The notes beneath the pieces are model-generated. The model saw only the letters and a list, made by a program, of their open reading frames with translations, was not told the DNA's origin and made no database searches. Positions 9,267 through 18,356 of a DNA stretch of 32,000 nucleotides are shown piece by piece. This DNA is from Aliivibrio fischeri ES114 (GTDB taxonomy: Bacteria; Pseudomonadota; Gammaproteobacteria; Enterobacterales; Vibrionaceae), in assembly GCF_000011805.1 (NCBI RefSeq), contig NC_006840.2, one strand, 5' to 3'. The position numbers were made by a program, and so were the translations under genes. Position 1 is the first letter of the stretch. The number at the start of each line of letters is the position of its first letter.

Positions 9267-9342
9267 AACATCACCATAATTTAAAATAGAGTAAGGGCTT
9301 CCGTGCCCTAAAATAAACGATATTCCATCAAAACCCTAGGGC

Positions 9343-11481
9343 TTAATTTTGTTTTAGTACTTTCACTGTGTAACTGCCATCTTTTTGAGCATATACACCG
9401 TGAATATCAGTCTCAAAACCTGGGTAGTGAGCGCCGATTTCACATAGCATTTCTAAGAAATCAAGTACTGGGCGAGATTCAGCTGTTACCATTTCACCAG
9501 GAAGTACTAGAGGCACACCCGGTGGGTAAGGTAGGATCATATTCGCACTTACACGGTCTACTAAATCAGCTAGAGGCACTTCTTCTACGTTACCGCGAAG
9601 CTCTTCTTGCCATGCTGCATGTGGTGTTACTTTTAGTTCAGGAAGTACATCGAATGCTTTAAACATCAGTTCTGGTAAACGGTATTTACGAGTTAAATCG
9701 TGAATGCCTTGTGCCAGTTCTTGTACTCGCATACCTTCATAGAAACTTGGATCTTCGTTGTACAGTGAAGGAAGGAAGTTTTTCACTGTTAAGTTAAGAT
9801 CGAAGCCACGTTTAAAGTCCGTTAATGCACGTAGTAATTGCATTGCTTTTGATTTATCAATACCGATAGAGAATAGGAACAATAAGTTATATGGACCTGT
9901 TTTCTCTACTACGATACCGCGTTCATCTAAGTATTTAGCAACGATTGATGCAGGAATACCAGTCTCGCTCATTTCGCTATTTTCGTTCATTCCTGGAGTT
10001 AATAGCGTTACTTTGATTGGATCAAGGTACATGTGATCATCATCGATGTCCTTGAAGCCGTGCCATGAATCTTTTGGATCCAGTTTCCAACATTCAGTTG
10101 TATCGATGTTTTCTGGTTGCCATACATCAAAGAACCAGCTGTCACTTTCACTTTGAAGACGTTTGATCTCTTTACGGAAACGAATCGCACGGTCAATTGA
10201 GTCTTGGATCAGTTTCTTACCTGTATTACCACGCATCATTGCCGCAGCAGTTTCAGTTGATGCAACAATACCGTATTGAGGTGATGTTGATGTGTGCATC
10301 ATGAACGCTTCATTGAATGATTCTTTATCAAATTCACCTTTTACGTGGATCATTGATGCTTGAGAGAACGCAGCCAGTAATTTATGAGTTGATTGTGTTT
10401 CGTAGAACACTTTACCTGGCATTGCTTCGCCACTCATACCACACTTACCTTCATAAATTTTGTTGAAGTTAGTGTAAGGAACCCAAGCACTATCAAAGTG
10501 GATGTATTTAGTATCTAGCGTTTCTTTAATGTATTGAGTGTTATACAGAAGACCATCGTAAGTTGAGTTAGTAATAACCGCATAACCTGGCATGGTTGCG
10601 TTTGGTGTTGCTGCTACTTTTTGCTCAATCACTTCACGAGTAAATTCGCTTTGTGGGATGCCACCTAAAATACCGTAAGCATTACGTGTTGGACGGAAAT
10701 AAATAGGTGTTACATCACTCATCATCATCATGTGAGTCAGTGATTTGTGACAGTTACGGTCAACAAGCACTGTACTTCCTGCTGGTGCTGAGTACATGCC
10801 TACAATTTTGTTTGATGTAGAAGTACCGTTAGTTACGATGTAAGAGCTATCTGCATTAAACGTACGAGCAATGTACTCTTCAGCTTCTTTATGAGGACCA
10901 GAGTGATCAAGTAATGAACCTAGTTCAGGCATTGAGATTGATACGTCCGCTTTAAATGCGTTTGGACCGTAGAAATCATAGAAGATGCTGCCCGCTGGAC
11001 TTTTTTGGAAAGCCGTACCGCCCATGTGGCCAGGAGTACAGAAAGTATATTTACCCTCTTCTACGTATTTGAATAATGCCTTAGTAAACGGAGGCATGAT
11101 CTGATCTTTGTACTCTTCAGTCGCTTGATTAATTTTCAGAGCGATGTCGTCAGCCATATCTAACGCATATTCAAAGAAGTGTAGATTTAGACGTAAATCA
11201 GTTAATGAAATATCTAATGTTGAATGTTGGTTTGCAAATGCATATAGCGGCAGTTTTTCATTCAACGCATTAATTTCAGAACATAAATCTAGTGAGTATT
11301 TATCCCAGTCAAATAACACACCACAAATACGTGGGTTCATTTCAATCATTTTATATAGATCTTGTGCATCTACTGGGTAAACCACTTTGTAGCCTGCTTT
11401 TTCTAAAGAAGCATGCAATTCGCGAACTGGCTCTTCTTTAAAGAAAACACCTGAGTGATTTAGGATAGCAAAAATATTCAT
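9343..11481 (-). CDS. cadA: Inducible lysine decarboxylase (PLP-dependent)
   Basis: 712 aa. Near-identical blocks to E. coli CadA (KYTFCTPGHMGGTAFQKSP, STHKLLAAFSQASMIHVKG, PLVMPGEM-like end). Adjacent to cadB. Confidence 0.95.
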   Translation of the reverse strand: MNIFAILNHSGVFFKEEPVRELHASLEKAGYKVVYPVDAQDLYKMIEMNPRICGVLFDWDKYSLDLCSEINALNEKLPLYAFANQHSTLDISLTDLRLNLHFFEYALDMADDIALKINQATEEYKDQIMPPFTKALFKYVEEGKYTFCTPGHMGGTAFQKSPAGSIFYDFYGPNAFKADVSISMPELGSLLDHSGPHKEAEEYIARTFNADSSYIVTNGTSTSNKIVGMYSAPAGSTVLVDRNCHKSLTHMMMMSDVTPIYFRPTRNAYGILGGIPQSEFTREVIEQKVAATPNATMPGYAVITNSTYDGLLYNTQYIKETLDTKYIHFDSAWVPYTNFNKIYEGKCGMSGEAMPGKVFYETQSTHKLLAAFSQASMIHVKGEFDKESFNEAFMMHTSTSPQYGIVASTETAAAMMRGNTGKKLIQDSIDRAIRFRKEIKRLQSESDSWFFDVWQPENIDTTECWKLDPKDSWHGFKDIDDDHMYLDPIKVTLLTPGMNENSEMSETGIPASIVAKYLDERGIVVEKTGPYNLLFLFSIGIDKSKAMQLLRALTDFKRGFDLNLTVKNFLPSLYNEDPSFYEGMRVQELAQGIHDLTRKYRLPELMFKAFDVLPELKVTPHAAWQEELRGNVEEVPLADLVDRVSANMILPYPPGVPLVLPGEMVTAESRPVLDFLEMLCEIGAHYPGFETDIHGVYAQKDGSYTVKVLKQN

Positions 11482-11504
11482 TTTATATCTCCAAGACGAA
11501 GAGA

Positions 11505-11544
11505 GGCGCTCCCCATCATTTTGATGGTGAGGTAGTGGAGCGCC
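11505..11544 (-). repeat. Intercistronic stem-loop between cadB and cadA
   Basis: GGCGCTCC (11505-11512) pairs with GGAGCGCC (11537-11544); inner CCATCA/TGATGG (11513-11518/11522-11527). No T-run follows on the minus strand. Confidence 0.7.
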
Positions 11545-11601
11545 GCTAGGGGTAAAACTTACTAAGTTGGTAGCGTTAACTGTTTACGCTATCGAGTGAC
11601 A

Positions 11602-12936
11602 TTAATGGGCTACTGCTTCTGCAGTTACATGTTGCTCTGATTGTTTCAGACCCATTTTTTTTGCGTAGAACATAAGGATGACAAGTGACACGATAAAGGT
11701 TGCAGTTAGTGTTGCACCTTCTGCACCAGCCAGTGCAATCATGCAGAACACACAAGCAATACCTGAGAAGAACATGGTAAAGCCGCTGCGTGTTGTCATA
11801 CCTTCGAAACGAATTAAGTTAATGCTTGAGTAGAAGTAAGGAAGCATTGTTAGTAGTACGGCATCAGTCGTTAACTGATTAAATAAGTCAGCAGTGTGAG
11901 CTGATTGAGAACTGAATACAGTTAGTGCAACCATCAGTGCTGTCATTTTAAGTGAAGCTAGGATTAGACCTTTTTTCGCTACACCATTTTTATCTGTTTC
12001 GCCGTAGATTTTAGGGAAGTTACCATCGTGAGCTGCACGTTTACCGGCTTCACCTACCAACATCATCCAAGAACCTAGAGAAGTGAAACACGCTAATGCT
12101 GTGAAAGCTGCAACAAATGGCGCTGACCAGCTACCGAAGATCTCAGTGGTTGCTAGAGCAAATGGAGCACCAGATGCCGCTACTTCTGCAGCAGGGAACA
12201 TACCGCTGATTACTTGAGTTGATAGAATATAAATCACACCGGCAATCGCTGTACCTAGCATTGTTGCTAGAGGAACGGTGCGTTTTGGATTTTTAACCAT
12301 ACCTGATGATACTGCTGCTGATTCAACACCAACAAATGACCATAAACAGATAAGAACAGCACTAATAATAGCGTGAGTACTTGTACCTGAAGATACATTC
12401 CAGTTTTGACTATATAGTGTCGAGTCAAAGTGTCCCCAACCAACAATCGCCGTACCAACAACAGGAATAAGGATAAGACCTAAACCTAATGTACATAGAC
12501 GACTTACCCAACTACCACCTAGTAAGTTAACTAAGGTAAATAACCATACCGATGCAATCGTCGCAGCAGCTGCAGGGATAGGGTCATTCAACGCAGGGAA
12601 GAAAACAGATAAGTAAGATACACCAGTAATAGCGATAGCTAAGTTACCAATCCAGTTTGCGTGGTAGTAAAGCACACCGGTTTGGAAACCAAATACAGGA
12701 GATACTTCACCTGCATAAGCGATTGGACCACCTTCTTGAGGGTTTTTCGTCGCTAAGCGAGCAAAAACAAAGGCCAAACTTAACGCACCTACCAAACAGA
12801 TAATCCAACTAAAAATAGATACTGAACCAACCGCTGCTAATGAAGAAGGTAATAGTGCAATACCACTCCCCATCATGTTGCCGGCTACAACACCTGTACA
12901 GGCAATTAAGCCAATTTTTTTTGTATTCGATTCCAT
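11602..12936 (-). CDS. cadB: Cadaverine/lysine antiporter
   Basis: APC-family transporter adjacent to cadA; KIGLIACTGVVAGNMMGSGIALLPSSLA. Start moved from 12954 to the MESNTKK ATG at 12936, preceded by GGAG. Confidence 0.93.
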   Translation of the reverse strand: MESNTKKIGLIACTGVVAGNMMGSGIALLPSSLAAVGSVSIFSWIICLVGALSLAFVFARLATKNPQEGGPIAYAGEVSPVFGFQTGVLYYHANWIGNLAIAITGVSYLSVFFPALNDPIPAAAATIASVWLFTLVNLLGGSWVSRLCTLGLGLILIPVVGTAIVGWGHFDSTLYSQNWNVSSGTSTHAIISAVLICLWSFVGVESAAVSSGMVKNPKRTVPLATMLGTAIAGVIYILSTQVISGMFPAAEVAASGAPFALATTEIFGSWSAPFVAAFTALACFTSLGSWMMLVGEAGKRAAHDGNFPKIYGETDKNGVAKKGLILASLKMTALMVALTVFSSQSAHTADLFNQLTTDAVLLTMLPYFYSSINLIRFEGMTTRSGFTMFFSGIACVFCMIALAGAEGATLTATFIVSLVILMFYAKKMGLKQSEQHVTAEAVAH

Positions 12937-13002
12937 AACATCTCCAAGGATCATCGAATGGGCAATTTTTTTACCCGTTATACGAAATTTTTTCTTTAAG
13001 GA

Positions 13003-13065
13003 AGCGAGATGTTATTTGAAGCAGGTCATGCAAACTCTGCTGGGGTAGATAAACAACATCTCGCT
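13003..13065. repeat. Long inverted repeat in the cadBA 5' leader/promoter region
   Basis: AGCGAGATGTT (13003-13013) and AACATCTCGCT (13055-13065), perfect 11-bp arms; nested AGCAG/CTGCT (13020-13024/13037-13041). Confidence 0.7.
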
Positions 13066-13594
13066 CAAATTCTGAGGAGAAGACTACGCCCAACAAAGCG
13101 AAAAAAAATCAGGATAAAATTATCAATAAAATAATGATAAAAACATAAGCCTATTGACCTTTATTTTTTTACCCAAAATGAAAAACACACTTAAATTCAA
13201 GTGGTTAATATTTCATTTTTATATTTATGGTGGTTTTTATAAAAAATATAAATTTATCAAGAAGGGAATTTACGACAGGATTATAGTGAGGTTTATCTCA
13301 TCATTATAAGAATATAAAACCAATTTTTGGTGCTTAACTTCTTATTGGCTACTGAAAGAAAAAGCGCAACGATTATTTTGTAAATCTTTATGCTTATACG
13401 TAAAAAAAGTACGACATATTGTTTCATTATTATTGACTAATCAAACTTCGCTGAACTATATTAATCGCCGCAAATCCTTAGCAAACGATATTTTATACAA
13501 CTTTATAACAAAGTTACTTATATTTCTTAAAGGATGGCGCTCGTTATCCATTATTTAAGAAAAATAAATTAACGATTAATAATAAGGAAATTTC

Positions 13595-15064
13595 ATGACA
13601 AACACAGATTCAACGCTTATTGAATCGATGAACGAAGTATTACTTTCGATTATCGGTAGTATCAATGGGCTTCTTTGGGGACAAGTCCTTGTTTATTTAT
13701 TAGTTGGTGTGGGTGTCTACTTCACTCTGCGTCTTGGCTTTATTCAAATTCGCCAACTAGGACACTCAATCAAAATCTTACGTAGCGGCCAAGAAATCGA
13801 AAATGGCATCAGCTCTTACCAAGTATTCTGTACCTCTATGGCAGCCCGCGTGGGAACGGGTAACATGGCAGGTGTTGCAGTTGCATTAACTGTTGGCGGC
13901 CCTGGTGCTATCTTCTGGATGTGGCTAATTGCTCTATTTGGTATGGCAACAGCTTTCATTGAATCAACACTAGCACAAGTTTACAAAGTAAAAGATGTTG
14001 ATGGTCAATACCGTGGTGGCCCAGCTTATTACATGGAAAAAGGTTTAGGCCAACGCTGGATGGGTACGCTTTTCTCTATCTTCTTAATCATCGCTTTTGG
14101 TCTAGTATTCAACGCTGTTCAAGCAAACACTATTACTGATGCTCTTAATCACTCATTTGGTTTTGATAAAACCATTATGGGTATCGTAATTGTTGTTATC
14201 TCTGGTTTCTTTATCATGGGTGGTTTACGTCGTGTTGCTAACGCATCATCGAAAATCGTTCCTGTTATGGCGATTGGTTACTTAGCCATTGCTCTTATCA
14301 TTGTAATAATGAATATCACAGATGTACCGGCAGTATTGGTTCTTATCGTTAAAAGTGCATTTGGCTGGCAAGAAGCGGCTGCTGGTGGTGTGGCGTACAC
14401 TATTGCACAAGCTATGCAATCAGGTATCGCTCGTGGTCTATTCTCAAATGAAGCGGGTATGGGTTCTGCAGCTAACATCGCAGCAAGTGCTACGCCAAAC
14501 CCTAACCACCCTGCATCACAAGGTTTTGTGCAAATGCTAGGTGTGTTTGTAGATACATTAGTTATCTGTACAGCCTCTGCGGCGATGATTATGCTTTCTG
14601 GCGTAATGGATCAACCAGATGCAACGACAGGTATCAGCCTACTTCAACAAGCACTAACTAACGAGTTAGGCGGTTGGACAAGCTACTTTATGGCACTAGC
14701 TATTCTTCTGTTCTGTTTCACATCTATCATTGCAAACTACAGCTACGCTGAAACAAACGTAATGTTCTTGAATGGTAATTCTAAGAAAGGCTTGTTTGGC
14801 TTCCGTATGTGTGTGCTAGCAATGGTTATGTTTGGTTCAGTTGCGTCTCTGCCAGTAGTATGGAACCTTGCAGATGCTTCTATGGGTATGATGGCTTTAA
14901 TCAACATTGTTGCTCTAGTTCTACTATCTAAACTAGCAATCAAAGTTATCAAAGATTACGAAGTTCAACTTAAAGCAGGAAAAACACCTGAATTTGACAG
15001 AACTAAGTTCCCTGAACTTGATGATTTAAAAGGTGCGTGGCACCCAAAGAAAAAACAACACTAA
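13595..15064 (+). CDS. Sodium:alanine symporter family (AGCS) amino acid carrier
   Basis: 489 aa; GTGNMAGVAVALTVGGPGAIFWMW and GIARGLFSNEAGMGSAANIAASA are AGCS signatures. SD AAGGAAA. Confidence 0.93.
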   Translation: MTNTDSTLIESMNEVLLSIIGSINGLLWGQVLVYLLVGVGVYFTLRLGFIQIRQLGHSIKILRSGQEIENGISSYQVFCTSMAARVGTGNMAGVAVALTVGGPGAIFWMWLIALFGMATAFIESTLAQVYKVKDVDGQYRGGPAYYMEKGLGQRWMGTLFSIFLIIAFGLVFNAVQANTITDALNHSFGFDKTIMGIVIVVISGFFIMGGLRRVANASSKIVPVMAIGYLAIALIIVIMNITDVPAVLVLIVKSAFGWQEAAAGGVAYTIAQAMQSGIARGLFSNEAGMGSAANIAASATPNPNHPASQGFVQMLGVFVDTLVICTASAAMIMLSGVMDQPDATTGISLLQQALTNELGGWTSYFMALAILLFCFTSIIANYSYAETNVMFLNGNSKKGLFGFRMCVLAMVMFGSVASLPVVWNLADASMGMMALINIVALVLLSKLAIKVIKDYEVQLKAGKTPEFDRTKFPELDDLKGAWHPKKKQH

Positions 15065-15089
15065 TTTAATCCACAATTAGTTAAAAAAA

Positions 15090-15114
15090 GCCCGTCGAAC
15101 TAAATTCGACGGGC
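15090..15114. terminator. Bidirectional Rho-independent terminator
   Basis: GCCCGTCGAA-ctaaa-TTCGACGGGC flanked by A7 and T6 runs. Confidence 0.9.
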
Positions 15115-15156
15115 TTTTTTATTACACCAATATACTGCATGAATCGTTAATCACGA

Positions 15157-16782
15157 TTACCCCATCAAGCGAACTTCACTTGGATTAACGGCTCGATACA
15201 TAAAATAAGCAACGGTTTCTAAATCACTGTAAAATGCAAGATTTTCAGCAAGCATATAAGTTTCAAGTGACGTATCCATAAAGAAAGCCTTGCTGTATGA
15301 CTCCCCTGCTTGATCTAAGTCGCCATCTAACTCAGCAAGTTTCCCTTCTAATATATAAGAGAATGCTGACTCTCTATTCTTAAATGCTAGGTTAAGATAA
15401 GCTCTAGCATCTTCTTTGTTATCTTGCTTAATCGCTATCATAGCTAATGCTTCATAGATACGAGAAGGCAATACACCGACATCCGATAAAGCATATCTAG
15501 CTTGAAGATCCTGACTTAACTTTTCAATTTTAGCGGTGTTTTCGTCCAACTCTAATTCAGGGTTAAGCGCTGAATATGCGTTATAAGCAATGTATAACTC
15601 TGAAAGCACATAATCATTATTCGGCTCTGCTAATGCAATGTTCTCTAACAGATCTATCCCTTTTTCAAAGTTTTTTTGATCCGTTTGATTAATGAAGTGA
15701 TTAGCTCGAACTAACATCTCTAATAAACCATGCTCCTTTGGTAAACCAAGCATTAATCTATTCATATCTTGTTCGGATGCCTGAACCCCTAACGCTCGCA
15801 TTAAATCTTGAGATGATTGGCGCAACACATGTTCTAAATTGGCATTGGTCATTAAATATTGACGACTAAACAGCACTCGATTTGAAATATTACTGCGATA
15901 CTCTACATCTAAATACGTTTTATTTTGTTGTTCTTCTACTCGTACATTCACCGCTTTTCCAGGCAAAATACCGGTAGTAAATGCGGTTTTATTTAACTGA
16001 ACTCGGTAATGGCCAACACTGGCTAAATCTGCCATCAGTTTTTGACTAATGCCATCAGCCAAATATTCTGTTTCATTATTCGAGTTACGGCTTGCGTGAT
16101 AGGTAAATTCAATTAAATCAGTATCAACAGCCTTGGTTATATGAGTGGTTGTTTGCTGATAAGTAACTGAAAAAATAACCGCAATTAATACGCCAACGAG
16201 AAAAAAGTCGAACGCTAATAGCTTCCAACGATGTAAAAAGCTAAAACTCTCACCCTGCTTTTTCTTTTCGTTTGATACTTGATTAGAAATATTAGTTACA
16301 GCACGAGTTAATGGACCTGCTGGAAAAGAGAGTTGTGCAGTCTCATCTTGTTCTTTTTCTTGCTCTTCGGTGTTCAATTCAACATTATGATTCTGATTTT
16401 CATCAGCTTCTGTTGAGGTAAATGTATCGCAAGGTTTCCAATAAGGCGTATCTTCTAATCTTATTTGCTTGGTTTCTGCAACCAACTTATACCCACGTTT
16501 TGGTACCGTAACTAAATAACGAGTGTTATCTAAACGACCATCACGCAATACTTTTCGCAGTTCAAATATTGATTGTGTTACCACTTGATCGGTAACAAAC
16601 GCACCATCCCATACATGTTTAATTAACTCATCTCGACAAAATACTTCACCTGAATGCTGTGCTAAAAAGCGAAGTAAATTAATTAAACGTGGTTCAACCG
16701 ACACTTCCCTATCTTGGCGATATAACTTATTTTCCTCAATAACTAGAGTCCAGTCATTAATTTGAAAACAGATCCCGACCAT
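15157..16782 (-). CDS. cadC: CadC-like transmembrane transcriptional activator (ToxR-family winged helix)
   Basis: N-terminal OmpR/ToxR wHTH (EPRLINLLRFLAQHSGEVFCRDELIKHVWDG...RYLVTVPKRGYKL), single TM, TPR-like periplasmic domain, near cadBA. Confidence 0.85.
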   Translation of the reverse strand: MVGICFQINDWTLVIEENKLYRQDREVSVEPRLINLLRFLAQHSGEVFCRDELIKHVWDGAFVTDQVVTQSIFELRKVLRDGRLDNTRYLVTVPKRGYKLVAETKQIRLEDTPYWKPCDTFTSTEADENQNHNVELNTEEQEKEQDETAQLSFPAGPLTRAVTNISNQVSNEKKKQGESFSFLHRWKLLAFDFFLVGVLIAVIFSVTYQQTTTHITKAVDTDLIEFTYHASRNSNNETEYLADGISQKLMADLASVGHYRVQLNKTAFTTGILPGKAVNVRVEEQQNKTYLDVEYRSNISNRVLFSRQYLMTNANLEHVLRQSSQDLMRALGVQASEQDMNRLMLGLPKEHGLLEMLVRANHFINQTDQKNFEKGIDLLENIALAEPNNDYVLSELYIAYNAYSALNPELELDENTAKIEKLSQDLQARYALSDVGVLPSRIYEALAMIAIKQDNKEDARAYLNLAFKNRESAFSYILEGKLAELDGDLDQAGESYSKAFFMDTSLETYMLAENLAFYSDLETVAYFMYRAVNPSEVRLMG

Positions 16783-17260
16783 AAGATACTCATTTGTATG
16801 AATTGATATAAATATAAAAGAAGAAAGGCCTCAAAAATAATAAGGTTTATCTTATTTTCAAGCTCTCCTTTTGAAGAAGTTGGGATTATAGATAACCCTT
16901 CTTCTCATTTATATGATATTCCCATTTCAAAAATGGAATCTTAGGATCCAACCACTATTCAACGAATGAGAAAATCTCGTAACCATATGAATATAAAGAT
17001 AACTGACTAATATGAAACGCACTAAAAATGACCTAATAATTCCATTAACCGTCAACAAAAATAAATGAACAGCTAGGTAATTTTCATTAATATTTAACGC
17101 ATTATATTAATACAACATAAATAGAGTATAAATAGATCAATAAATCTCAACCTATTACTTTTAAATCAACAAAAATAATATTGATATAAAAAACCTAAAA
17201 CACTATTAATATTTTCATCAAATAATATCAATATACGCGTATCAGCAAGATAGAAATAAA

Positions 17261-17288
17261 AAAGGCCAACCATGTGGTCAGCCTTTTT
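17261..17288 (-). terminator. Rho-independent terminator
   Basis: AAAAAGGC-ca-ACCA-tg-TGGT-ca-GCCTTTTT just downstream of the YeeE-like operon. Confidence 0.75.
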
Positions 17289-17304
17289 AAAAACGGATAT
17301 ATAT

Positions 17305-17736
17305 TTACTTTTTAGCTAAAGCATTGGTCATAGCCAGTCCACACATCATAGCAAATAGGAATACAAACACATCGGTATTTCCTAAAGCAATACTTGAAAC
17401 GACCGGTCCAGGACAAATACCAGCAAGCCCCCAACCAAGACCAAAAATAGCAGCACCTGAAATCAATTTATTATCAATGCGCTTATTGGTAGATAGACAA
17501 AACTCTTTCGCATTTATCGGTTTTGTTTTTTGCTTAATAAATAAGAAGTAAGCAGGCATAAATACCAACAATGCCCCTCCCATTACAAACATTAAACTTG
17601 GATCCCATACTCCTGAAACATCCAAAAATCCAATCACTTTTTCAGGGTCAACCATTCCTGATGTTGTCATTCCAAGACCAAACAATCCACCAGAGAGTAA
17701 AGCAATAATTCGAAACATAAGATTATTCATGATCAC
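17305..17736 (-). CDS. YeeE/YedE-family small membrane protein (DUF6691-like half)
   Basis: 143 aa: ALLSGGLFGLGMTTSGMVDPEKVIGFLDV... and GWGLAGICPGP. Confidence 0.85.
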   Translation of the reverse strand: MIMNNLMFRIIALLSGGLFGLGMTTSGMVDPEKVIGFLDVSGVWDPSLMFVMGGALLVFMPAYFLFIKQKTKPINAKEFCLSTNKRIDNKLISGAAIFGLGWGLAGICPGPVVSSIALGNTDVFVFLFAMMCGLAMTNALAKK

Positions 17737-17740
17737 TCCC

Positions 17741-18155
17741 TTAAAGAACGTGTAATCGGATAAAAACAGTTATTCCAGCCACTAGCATAAATACACAAGT
17801 AGCGACAATTGAGCGAACAGACAATCGTCCAATCCCGCAAATTCCATGTCCACTAGTACAGCCATTACCTAGGCGAGTACCAATACCAACCAGTAAACCA
17901 GCAATAATCAACAACGGTGTGTTGGTTGTATATTCAGTAGGAACATGTGCGCCAAAAAAATAAACACCTGCAACACCACCTGAAATCATGCCTAGAACAA
18001 ACAACCATCGCCAAGCATAGTCCTTTTTTTTTCGGCGTCATTAATCCTGTTAATACACCACTTATCCCAGCAATTTTTCCATTTAACAAAAGAAGCAGCG
18101 TAGCAGATACACCAAGAAGCATACCGCCAAATAAAGAGAGCCATGGAATCGTCAT
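17741..18155 (-). pseudogene. YeeE/YedE-family membrane protein interrupted by an apparent +1-nt frameshift in an A9 tract
   Basis: Frame 1 (from 18155) gives MTIPWLSLFGGMLLGVSATLLLLLNGKIAGISGVLTGLMTPKKK. The family sequence resumes in another frame as DYAWRWLFVLGMISGG...[12 protein letters not shown]. Removing one A at 18024-18032 fuses them into about 137 aa. Confidence 0.75.
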
Positions 18156-18213
18156 TTATCAACACCAGTTAGCTTGTTTTTTGAACATACAAGATAGATT
18201 ACGCAACAGTGAA

Positions 18214-18248
18214 AAATTAGTCAACACTTATTTAGTGTTGGCTAATTT
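18214..18248. repeat. Near-perfect 15-bp inverted repeat between yeeE-like operon and metA
   Basis: AAATTAG-T-CAACACT-tattt-AGTGTTG-G-CTAATTT. Confidence 0.7.
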
Positions 18249-18316
18249 AATTAATTCTTAAATAGCTTCAAAGGAAATAATGAACCTCGACACTCTGACC
18301 ATTATGAGGTAAGTTT

Positions 18317-18332
18317 AGAAGTATAGACGTAT
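18317..18332 (+). promoter_or_regulatory. Candidate MetJ operator (tandem met boxes) upstream of metA
   Basis: AGAAGTAT AGACGTAT: two adjacent 8-mers matching AGACGTCT at 6/8 and 7/8. Confidence 0.55.
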
Positions 18333-18356
18333 GGAAACCCAAAACTTAAGGATAAG

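Noticed and set aside
9758-11380. ORFs overlapping cadA on either strand (9758-10036, 10008-10196, 11144-11380)
   Set aside because: Fully nested in the well-supported cadA CDS with no independent evidence.
12955-13594. Possible glycine riboswitch upstream of the Na+/alanine symporter, as known in some Vibrio
   Set aside because: I could not find the conserved glycine-riboswitch core sequences (GGAGAG..., CCGAAGG..., CUCUCAGG) in the upstream region on the + strand.
17947-18261. 104-aa + strand ORF antisense to the YeeE-like gene
   Set aside because: Antisense shadow ORF spanning the inverted repeat, with no SD or family features.
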